From: Octopus sinensis
Taxonomy: Eukaryota
Length of the DNA stretch: 64,000 bases
Direction of reading: 5' to 3'
Assembly: GCF_006345805.1 (NCBI RefSeq)
Contig: NC_043022.1
Span: 10,478,001-10,542,000, forward strand
The notes below the pieces were generated by a model. It saw only the letters and a list, made by a program, of their open reading frames with translations. It had not been told where the DNA came from and did no database searches. Positions within the stretch are counted from its first letter, which is position 1; each line of letters opens with the position of its first letter. Positions 1-11,600 of this stretch are shown piece after piece. The position numbers were made by a program, and so were the translations under genes.

Positions 1-545
1 CTGGGTCTACCTCTTCCACGGGTTCCCTCAACTGCCAGGGATTGGCACTTTCTCACACACCTATCTTCATCCATTCTCGCCACATGACCATACCAGCGCA
101 ATCGTCTCTCTTGCACACCACAACTGATGCTTCTTAGGTACAACATTTCTCTCAAGGTGCTAACGCTCTGTCGAGTATGAACACTGACATTACACATCCA
201 TCGGAGCATACTGGCTTCATTCCTCACAAGCTTACGCATGTCCTCAGCAGTCACGGCCCATGTTTCACTGCCATGTAGCATGGCTGTTCGTACACACGCA
301 TCATACAGTCTGCCTTTTACTCTGAGCGAGAGGCCTTTAGTCACCAGCAGAGGTAAGAGCTCCCTAAACTTTGCCCAGGCTATTCTTATTCTAGCAGTTA
401 CACTTTCAGCGCACCCACCCCCACTACTGATTTGGTCACCTAGATAACGGAAGCTATCAACTACTTCTAGTTTTTCCCCCTGGAAAGTGACGGAAGTTGT
501 TTTCTGCAGATTTTCGGAGGTTAATGCTCCCGAGCATCTGCCACA
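1..545 (-). mobile_element. RTE-clade LINE ORF C-terminal fragment
   Basis: Minus strand reads ..RRLRWYGHVARMDEDRCVRKC..EGTRGRGRP, the same family as 18004-18290. Confidence 0.85.
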
Positions 546-849
546 TACAAAAACTATCTTCCCAGATCGCACAATTCTTAATACCTGCAATCCGCATAAT
601 TTTTGGAGAGAAAAAATGTCATAGCACCTCCACTTCCTCCGTCATTTATATAATATTCTACTCAGACTTGCAAATTGCATTAATTTTTGTTTGTTCGTTT
701 TTAGTTCACTCTCACCTACTCCATTTGAAATCCCCATTTTTTAAAGATTTCTTTCTTTCTTTCTGTGTAAAAAAAATAAAAATTGGGTATACCCGTACAC
801 AAGTGTCCCCTCCCCCATATTCCAAACTTTATTTCGTCATAATTTTCAG

Positions 850-1257
850 AAAAATGGATACTTTCTTTTAATGAAATTTTCTACAAATATGCTTCAGATG
901 GTGTAGATTCCGATTATATCGGAATATGTTGTGAAAAGTGTTTTCTGGGGGTGGAGTGAGGAGTTTCGGAAAATTCTCACGAGTCGGCTTTGTTTCCTCA
1001 CGATTTTCCAAAAATGGACATTTTTTTATTAAGATTTTTCAGGGTGTATAGATTAAGATTATATCAGAAGTTAATATGAAAACAATAGGTAGTCTCGTAC
1101 ACATGCATTCTGACCACACATGAGAAAACAACACTGACTCCTGTGACTTTCCCCCACTCATCGAAATCCTTATTCACAACAAATTCCTTTATAATCGGAA
1201 TCTACATCATCTAAAGACTATTTGTAGAAGATTTCATTAAAAAGCATCCATTTTTGT
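850..1257. repeat. Degenerate inverted repeat (850-918 vs 1190-1257), DNA-transposon relic
   Basis: aatgaaattttctacaaata..gatggtgtagattccgattata recurs inverted as tataatcggaatctacatcatc..tatttgtagaagatttcatt. Confidence 0.6.
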
Positions 1258-2497
1258 GGAAGTTGTGAGTTAACAATGTTGGAGGAGTGGCACACATGTA
1301 GGTATGCCAAAAATTGTTCAGAATATATTTAAAAATATTTTTCGAAATCAAAAATAAGAAAAAGTTGGAACTAATTTCGGGCATTCATACAGTGCAAGGA
1401 AAATAATGATAATTTCCTTTATTTTGTGTATGGATATACAAATTATGAAAAAGTTGTGTGTGTACAATTTATGAAAACAAAAGTTACAGCCAGTTATAGT
1501 GTGTGTTTTGATCAGACCACTGCTTGGTTTCTGTTAGTTTATGCCCTTCCAAGCACACGAACTATTTTATGTGAATTAAAATCTTTCAACATACTTTTTT
1601 ATGTAGGAATTTTTTTGTGAACTTAATTCCAAATATAGAACTGACTCTTTGCCTGTCCAAAATATTTTCGTATATTTGTCCTAAACCTCCATGCTTGTTT
1701 TCAGATATTTAGTGTCATACATTCTGAGTAATATTAATGCTTTCCTTTTCATAAGTCTTAAGTTATTCTGGTAGTTGAAAAAATTGGAATTGTGTATCAT
1801 ATATGGATGCCTGGGAAATATGACCTGTGTATCACATGTAGTGCACAGGCCAGGCAAAGGGTTAATGTAAAAGTTCATTAGTTTGATTTTGTTTTTTTTT
1901 TTTCAAAAATATTTTCAAAAGAATTCTCCTCCAATGCTTTCTCCCCTCTCAAAAGATATTTGTCTTACAGGTTGCTTGGTGACCCTGTCAGTACAGGTGC
2001 CACTTAAAAAACATCCAGTTCACCCTGTAAAGTGGCTGGCATTTGGAAAGGCATCCAGCTGACCTTGTCTAGGCTTGTGCCACATAAAAAGTCCACTCTG
2101 CTGGGTGGTTGATATTAGGAAGGGCTTCCTGCTGTAATTATCCCACCAAAAGTCACTGAAGTCTAATGCAGGCTTGGGTGTGGCCAGCTTCTGTCGAACC
2201 GTCCCACTCATGCCAGCATAGAAGGTAGACGATAAATGATAACGATGGTGATGATGATGATATATAGATACCTATTGGCATACATGTTGCTATACAGAAA
2301 TTTGGTCACAACTGAAAGAAAGCATTTATTTGCAATGACTGTTCACTATAAGAGAGTAGATTGTTGCAGTTGGGTATATTTTGAAAGAAATTTAATCATC
2401 TCAGAATTTTATTTTATATAAATTTTTTTAAAAATTGTATCATATAAACATTGTCATATATAATAATGTGAAAATTCTTTTCTTTTTTTATAGAAAA

Positions 2498-2615
2498 ATG
2501 GAAACATTTGAATTCCATCTTCCCATCTGCAGGAATGATCTCTTACGACGCAGTACAGCTAATCAGTATGTTGTTGAACTTATTGGCTTTAGGCATTTGC
2601 CTGGAGCCTTGGAAA
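2498..2615 (+). CDS. NCAPD2: NCAPD2 coding exon 1 (METFEFHLPICRNDLL...LPGALE)
   Basis: ATG at 2498 follows a polypyrimidine/TAG acceptor at 2491-2493, implying an upstream UTR exon; donor gtaag at 2616. Confidence 0.92.
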
Positions 2616-5393
2616 GTAAGCAATCGAGTTCATCTTTTCAGTGTTTTAGAGAGAATAACAATGGTTTGGCAGGAATGACAGTGGAATGTTAGAAATGGTA
2701 GTTCTTCCATCTTAGTGTTCAACAGGCTGGGTTTAGTTTCATTGCTCATTACTGGAGATAAGGTTGGACAATTGTTTTTACTGATGGCAGCTATTTAGCT
2801 AGAAACATGTCCATGACTGTCCTCTTCTCCTACCCTACTCTTTGACGGTATGTCAACTTTGGAGAATTCTTGAATCTTGTAATTATCTCCCCTTTTCAAG
2901 TGGAGCTGGTCTTAATTGTCACTTGGTAATTATGATACAACCTCGAGAGCAGTTGTTCTCAACTTTTTTAATATCTGGGCCAGATCCAAAGCTTGGATTT
3001 TTTTTAGGAGACCTTCACAAGAAAATTAAAACAAGTCAACCCATTAGTGTCCAAATTTTAAAATTTAATTTATTAACAAAAAAAAATTTTTTATACAACT
3101 TTACCTGATACTAAATATATAAAAAATAATTTTATTACAATATTTGAAAGACACTGCAGTCTTGTTGATTAATTAAAGATATCTCAGAAAAATACAGGTG
3201 TTTCAGAAATATGATGGATTGTCCTTCTGGTCCTTAAAAAAAAAGGACCATGGGCGCTAATGTGCTAAAGAAAAATTTCTATTTATAATGGGAAGACCGT
3301 TGAGAGCTACCATAAAAATGTTAGAGCTGCATCCATCCCTGGATACTGTGGTTGAGGACCATTACTCTGGAGGCATTGATAATTTTAAAAACAGAAAATT
3401 TATATTGTATTTGATGTATCTATATTTGTCTACATACCACTGGCCACTCAGATGATTTCACTTGGTACATTTTTGTTTGAATTATTTAACTCCTGCTGAT
3501 TAGATTTACTTAGTGTAAATAGGCACCATAGTTTAGTGCAGATCACTCTCTCTCAGTGGTGAGCTGTCTTTTGCTGTTTAGGCCATGATGGAGCAGACGT
3601 GATGACAGGTTTTCCGTTATAAACATCTTCACCTTGTACAGTTTAACCCTTAACTCTTTTTTAACTGGCCATATCCGGCCAAAATACTTGCTTTTTATTC
3701 AAACTGACCAGACCTGGCCTCTCACACTTACTCTTGAATATTTTAAACATAAGCAATCACAACATTGAAAAACATTGAAATATCAAAAGCTACAAGGTAA
3801 TGCAGGATAAACTCAAAACAATGTGAATAAACAAGCATTACATTTGACAGTGTAATCTGAACACTAAAGAGGTAATGTAATTTAAGAGAGATCTGGTTGC
3901 TATTTCTTGCAGATTGAGCTACCACACAAAAGCTCCCGCAGTGGCTTACAAGTGTCGAGGTCAGCTTGAACTTGTTTGAGGAGATAAATGAGCAATAGTG
4001 CTTTTAATGTGGCATCAGCACTAGTGCTTTCAGTGTGGTACCAGCGTTAGTGCTTTTAATGTGGCACCAGCACTAGTGCTTTTAATGTGGGACCCGCACC
4101 AGTGATTTTAATGTGGGATCAGCACTGGTGCTTTTAATGTGGAACCAGCGTTAGTGCTTTTAATGTGGCACCAGCACCAGTGATTTTAATGTGGGATCAG
4201 CACTGGTGCTTTTAATGTGGAACCAGCATTGGTGCTTTTAATGTGGGACCCGCACCAGTGATTTTAATGTGGGATCAGCACTGGTGCTTTTAATGTGGAA
4301 CCAGCATTGGTGCTTTTAATGTGGAACCAGCATTAGTGCATTTAATGTGGCGTCAGCACCAGTGATTTTAATGTGGCACCAGCGTTAGGGCTTTTAATGT
4401 GGCACCAGCACTAGTGCTTTTAATGTGGAACCAGCACTAGTGCTTTTAATGTGGTACCAGCGTTAGTGCTTTTAATGTGGCACCAGCACTGGTATCAATT
4501 TCTGCTGTGGCAGACTGGGTTTCTTCAGTACGGCAGTGTGCTAAATATCTTAATCCTTAGTCATCTCCTTCATATGTCTCAGTACCTCGGAATCGGCCCT
4601 AAATACTTCATCCCGTGTCTTCCTGGGTCTCCCTCTTCCACAAGATCCCTCCACTTTAAGTGATCAGCACTTCTGTATGCAACTGGCTACATCTATATGC
4701 ATCTCATGACCAAACCAGCACACTGCATCTAATTCCTCTTATGCCCAACTTTTCCCTCAATACACTCGTGTTCTGTCGCACATGTACACTGCTATTACAC
4801 CAGCCATATAGCCATAAACAACTTTTATGAAAAATTTTCTATTGAAATCCATTTTCCTTTCCGAGTTTTGTTAAAACAAAAAAAAAAAAAAAATATATAC
4901 TGCTTTATTAATTTCAAATTGGATTAAAATCCAGAAATGATTTAGGTATGTTATTTTGTTGTTTATAGACTTCAGAGTGACCATGCGAACTGAGGGTTAC
5001 CTGACCATTTTAGAACAATTTAATGTTCCTTTCAGTATCCTGTGGTGAGTAATATTTTTAGTTCTTATTATATAATTAGGCACATGGCCTAGTGGTTAGG
5101 GTGTTGCACTCACAATTGGTAGATCATGGGTTTGATTCCCGGAAGTGGGCAGTTTGGTGTGTTCTTGAGCAAAACACTTCATTTCACATTTTTCCTGTTC
5201 ACTCAACTGTGAATTGGTAGCCCTGTGATGCAATAATCTTCTGATCAGGGGAGAATATTAGCCTGCTCATCTAGCTAGCAGGGTGGCATCATTCAGAAGC
5301 TCAAACACTGCAAAGCACACTGTGACCAGTGATGTATAACAACATCCAATAGTCTGGTCAGTACCATGTTTATATAATTATATTGCATGTGTG

Positions 5394-5429
<36 letters not shown>

Positions 5430-5646
5430 TTATTTATTTATTTATTTATCCCTATCTCTCTCTTTTGGAGAGGCACAAGCACCTATACACACATGACAGT
5501 AATTTCTGCCTATCAAATTCAATCACAAAGCTTCGGTGGGCCCGGGGCTATAGCAGAAGACACTTTCCCAGAGTGCCACGCTGTGAGACTGAACTCGAAA
5601 CCATGTAGCTAGGAAGCAAGCTCCTTAATCACACAACCATGCCCGC

Positions 5647-5694
<48 letters not shown>

Positions 5695-8600
5695 TCCAAG
5701 AGAGTTAGGTTGTGAATCAACCAACTAAGGGATAATATCTATCCAATATACAGCTGGTAGAATACCCAATTATTAATACACAAGTGTTTTTTCATTGCAT
5801 GGCAATTACATTACTGAGTGTAATAAATTTTACCATTAATTTATAGAGCAATAAGAAAATGGAGGGGATCAAGAGGTAGTATTCATCAACTTTTAGACAT
5901 TATATTATGTCAGTTAATTAATTTACTAAAAGGACAATTATAACAATATGCATACATGTATAACATGTTATGCTTTACATATATAATATATAAAATATTA
6001 AAATATCAATAATTATTAGAATATATAACATAGAGCAATAGAAATTGGGATAATATCTTACAGCTGTTTCAGCCAAGAGGCAAAAATACCTCATGCTACT
6101 TTTATCCCTCCAGTTGACTGAAGTAATTAGTAGATGAAATTGAGGTGCTTGAGTGTTTCTCTAGGCTTCATCAGAGATTTTAGAAAGTACATAAGGTTAA
6201 GTCATAAATATAAATACACACATATATACATACTTTTACATATGCATACATACATATATGTATGTATGTTTTTTTGTTTTGTTTTTTCTTATATATATTT
6301 TCCATTCAATGAAATGAAATTATGTTGAGATATACTATTCCTTTATCAGTTCTGATGCTGAATCTTCTCAGGCTCTGCGTGAAAATGTCTGGCAAGTTCT
6401 TCTCAAAGGTAAGACATGTTTAGCTTCCTTTTTTTCTTTTCCTGGGCTTTAATCATGGTGGGTTGATTTTATTAACCACTTACTTTATAGTCTGCTAATT
6501 GCTTTTTTTTTCTCATCAAATAATTAAGTGGATCTTTGACACAAGTTTGGTATAGATGACTCTATTTGTTCCATATACAAAGAGCTTGGAAATTATTCAT
6601 TTATCACTGTTTCTTTTTGGAACATCAAACCCCCTTGATGAAATGGGGACAGATGTACCATTATTTAATACTGATCCCATAAAAGAATTGTTGAATAAGT
6701 CTGTTAGTAACAATTATCTAGGAAATATTACTGGCATACAAGGTTTTTTTTGTTTTCCCCCATAGGTATGTCTTCATTTGTGAGAGGGCTACGATGTTTG
6801 GTTGAGAAATTTCCAATACCCAACAACAGCAGATTGCAGCACTTGAATGCTCTTAAGATGATCTGTTACTTAATGTCTCAGCTATCTGATAACTTTGAAG
6901 CTGAAGAATCCAAGGTGAACATGATCCAGGTAGGGTAAAACTTTTATGTTATATTTTGAATTAGATAATCTGCTTAAGAAAAGAACAGAATCCTTAAAAT
7001 GAAATTACTGCAAGTTTTTTTTTTCTTTATTTTCTGTCTTAAACAAATTATTCAATGTAACTTTTTGATTACTTAAGCATAAGGCTTAACTTTTCATAAC
7101 TTATGTATCGGTCCACATGAAAAGCTTTCGTGCCAGTCCACATGAAAAGCTTTCGTGCCAGTCCACATGAAAAGCTTTCGTGCCAGTCCACATGAAAAGC
7201 TTTCGTGCCAGACCACATGTAAAGCTTTCGTGCCAGTCCACATGTAAAGCTTTCGTGCCAGTCCACATGAAAAGCTTTCGTGCCAGTCCACATGAAAAGC
7301 TTTCGTGCCAGTCCACATGAAAAGCTTTCGTGCCAGTCCACATGAAAAGCTTTCGTGCCAGTCCACATGAAAAGCATTCGTGCCAGTCCACATGAAAAGC
7401 TTTCGTGCCAGTCCACATGAAAAGCTTTCGTGCCAGTCCACGTGAAAAGCTTTCGTGCCAGTCCACGTGAAAAGCTTTCGTGCCAGTCCACGTGAAAAGC
7501 TTTCGTGCCAGTCCACGTGAAAAGCTTTCGTGCCAGTCCACGTGAAAAGCTTTCGTGCCAGTCCACATGAAAAGCTTTCGTGCCAGTTCGCATGAAAAGC
7601 TTTCGTGCCAGTCCACATGAAAATCTTTTTGTGCCAGTCCACATGAAAAGCTTTCGTGCCAGTCCACATGAAAAGCTTTCGTGCTAGTCCGCATGAAAAT
7701 CTTTTTGCGCCAGTCCACGTGAAAAGCTTTCGTGCCAGTCCACGTGAAAAGCTTTCGTGCCAGTCCACGTAAAAAGCTTTCGTGCCAGTCCGCATGAAAA
7801 GCTTTCGTGCCAGTCCACGTGAAAAGCTTTCGTGCCAGTCCACGTGAAAAGCTTTCGTGCCAGTCCACGTAAAAAGCTTTCGTGCCAGTCCGCATGAAAA
7901 GCTTTCGTGCCAGTCCACATGAAAAGCTTTCGTGCCAGTCCACATGAATAGCTTTCGTGCCAGTCCACATGAATAGCTTTCGTGCCAGTCCACATGAAAA
8001 GCTTTCGTGCCAGTCCACATGAAAATCTTTTTGTGCCAGTCCACATGAAAAGCTTTCGTGCTAGTCCGCATGAAAATCTTTTTGTGCCAGTCCACGTGAA
8101 AAGCTTTCGTGCCAGTCCACGTGAAAAGCTTTCGTGCCAGTCCACGTGAAAAGCTTTCGTGCCAGTCCACGTGAAAAGCTTTCATGCCAGTCCACGTGAA
8201 AAGCTTTCATGCCAGTCCACGTGAAAAGCTTTCGTGCCAGTCCACATGAAAAGCTTTCGTGCCAGTTCGCATGAAAAGCTTTCGTGCCAGTCCACATGAA
8301 AAGCTTTTTGTGCCAGTCCACATGAAAAGCTTTCGTGCCAGTCCACATGAAAAGCTTTCGTGCCAGTCCACATGAAAAGCTTTTGTGCCAGTCCACGTGA
8401 AAAGCTTTCGTGCCAGTCCACGTAAAAAGCTTTCGTGCCAGTCCACGTGAAAAGCTTTCGTGCCAGTCCACGTGAAAAGCTTTCGTGCCAGTCCACGTGA
8501 AAAGCTTTCGTGCCAGTCCACGTGAAAAGCTTTCGTGCCAGTCCACATGAAAAGCTTTCGTGCCAGTCCACATGAAAATCTTTCGTGCCAGTCCACATGA

Positions 8601-11600
8601 AAAGCTTTCGTGCTAGTCCGCATGAAAATCTTTTTGTGCCAGTCCACGTGAAAAGCTTTCGTGCCAGTCCACGTGAAAAGCTTTCGTGCCAGTCCACGTG
8701 AAAAGCTTTCGTGCCAGTCCACGTGAAAAGCTTTCGTGCCAGTCCACGTGAAAAGCTTTCGTGCCAGTCCACGTGAAAAGCTTTTGTGCCAGTCCACATG
8801 AAAAGCTTTTGTGCCAGTCCACATGAAAAGCTTTCGTGCCAGTCCACATGAAAAGCTTTTGTGCCAGTCCACATGAAAAGCTTTTGTGCCAGTCCACATG
8901 AAAAGCTTTTGTGCCAGTCCACATGAAAAGCTTTCGTGCCAGTCCACATGAAAAGCTTTCGTGCCAGTCCACATGAAAAGCTTTCGTGCCAGTCCACATG
9001 AAAAGCTTTCGTGCCAGTCCACATGAAAAGCTTTCGTGCCAGTCCACATGAAAAGCTTTCGTGCCAGTCCACATGAAAAGCTTTTGTGCCAGTCCACATG
9101 AAAAGCTTTTGTGCCAGTCCACATGAAAAGCTTTTGTGCCAGTCCACATGAAAAGCTTTTGTGCCAGTCCACATGAAAAGCTTTCGTGCCAGTCCACGTG
9201 AAAAGCTTTTGTGCCAGTCCACGTGAAAAGCTTTTGTGCCAGTCCACGTGAAAAGCTTTTGTGCCAGTCCACATGAAAAGCTTTTGTGCCAGTCCACATG
9301 AAAAGCTTTTTGTGCCAGTCCACGTAAAAAGTATCCATGCTGGTGCCATGTAATTAATGAAGCCAGCACACTTTAAGGTAAAAAGGTGTAGGAAGGGCAT
9401 CCAGCCATTAAAATCCAAGCCTAATCAGACTGGAACTTGGTGCAGCTCTCCAACTCTGGTCAAGCAGTCTAACCAATGTCAGCATGGAAAACAGATGTTA
9501 AACAAAATAATTCCTCTGGTGCAATTTGAACCCAGAAAGATGCGAGAGAGAATTATCTTCGAAGATGCACTGCTTCTCTGTTGCTTTATATCAATTTGTT
9601 GCTATTGTAATCTTTTTCTCTGAACCACAAACATCCAACAACTGAGGTTTATTTCTAATTTACATCATTTTTAGCAGCAGTTGAGTTGATTTGTTTGACT
9701 AAAACCTTTCAAGATGGTGCCCCAGCATGGCCATAGTCAAATTGACTAAAACCAGTAAAAGACAATGTTGCCTTCTATATTTTGCTGTGGGTCTTTATCA
9801 TAATCATCATCATTGTTTAACGTTTTTCCCTGGGTGGGGGTGCACTTTCTATGCCATCATGTACAGGATATATTTATATTTTTATTTTTCTAGGGTCGTA
9901 AAAAGAAATCAGCAGATGCCTTCCAGACTATTGATTGGCCCTATGAAAAGGAAGCATTTCTGAAAGTTCTTTTGGAGTTGGTTGTGTTGGACCTCGATAA
10001 GTTGTGGGATCCACCTATCGCTGAAGAAAACTTTATCAAGTGAGCTTATACAAATACTTTCAGTCCATGTGTTCATGTGTATATAAATTCTACATTGTTT
10101 TTACGTTAGGTTTTTCTGTGCTGGTTGGGCTTGGATGAGGCTTGTTGAGGTAATATACTCTAACCATATAGCCTTCTTGGTGATGACCCTTACTTGATTT
10201 TCAGTGATGACGCATGGATTAGTGGTTAGAGCAGCGTTTCTCAACTGGGGTTCCCCGGAACCCTAGAGTTTTGCAAAAGGTTCCTAGGAGTTTTGCAAGA
10301 AAGAGTGAGATATGCTAATTTCATGTTCATAATATTACTGCCTTGCCTGGCCCCCGTGCTGGTGGCACGTAAAAAGTATGATCCATCTGTGGCCGTTTGC
10401 CAGCTCCGTCTGGCACTTGTGCGGATGGCACGTAAAAAGCACCCACTACACTCACGGAGTGGTTGGCGTTAGGAAGGGCATCCAGCCGTAGAAACACTGC
10501 CAGATCAGACTGGGCCTGATGCAGCCTTCTGGCTTCCCAGACCCCAGTTGAACCGTCCAACCCATGCTAGCATGGAAAGCGGACGCTAAATGATGATGAT
10601 GATTGGTTATTGTAAAATAGATATCCTGTCTAACCTGTTTGTTATCAAAATGATATAACAACCGCATACACACGCACACACGTATGATATATTTACCACG
10701 TGAACTATGATGAAAAATATGGGATAGTTATGGTGTATAACTTATTTTGTGCAGGGGTTCCTTGAGACATGTAATTTATTTTAAGGGTTGCACAAGGGTA
10801 AAAAGGTTGAGAAACACTGGATTAGAGTATTCAGCTCAAAATTGTAAGGTCTAAAAATATTCTAAAAATATACCAAGTATATCATCAAAATCTCAAAGCA
10901 ATGAGATAATGCATGATTAATTCAAATCAATGTGAATAAATAAGCATTATAATCTGATCACTAAAGGGTTAAAAAAATTTGTATTTTTATAATTAAATAT
11001 TAGGAATTGTATAAAAAATTTGTTAGAATCTTTTGTGAATTGTAGAAGTTTAATCAATTTATTACCAATAAAGGATCTTTTCGGTTTGAACGGCAGTTTT
11101 TTAAAATAATTTCCACATAACTAAAAACTTTTAAACTTCGTATACTGGTAGAATGTGTTTATAAAACATCTTTTTCTCTTGGCTTTATTGAGAAAATTCT
11201 ATGGTTTGTAAGATATTTGTTGTTTTTTTTTTCTGCAATTTCAACCAATCAATGACGTCTATTGAGGTGAACACATTCTGTGTCGTATGAATATGTCCCT
11301 CGTTTAAGAAACTTTGGGTTTATTTACATTTCTGAAGAAAAAAAAGATACCCTAACCCTTAAACAGATTGAAATGCAATTGATCGATACTAGCGTCATAA
11401 TTATGGGTGACAATTTCATATGACACCGCTAGAAAAAACTGCCGTTCAAACCGAAAAGATGCACCAATAAATTTTAACAATATAATCTTAAATAGACCCT
11501 GGTTGAAAGCCACTGGGCTAGCTACTGATATTTCTTGTTTTCTTTTGTTTTTTTACCCAGTTTCTTTGGTATCATCTAATATTGTAAAATCTATAATGTT

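Noticed and set aside
7111-9330. CRISPR-like appearance (short quasi-palindromic repeats)
   Set aside because: Units are head-to-tail with no unique spacers, there are no cas genes, and the context is a eukaryotic intron.
7069-9418. Long minus-strand ORFs (up to 403 aa) of repeating WTGTKAFHVDWHESFSCGLARKLF
   Set aside because: Translation artefact of a 25-bp unit with no stop on that strand; all three frames give the same peptide cycle.
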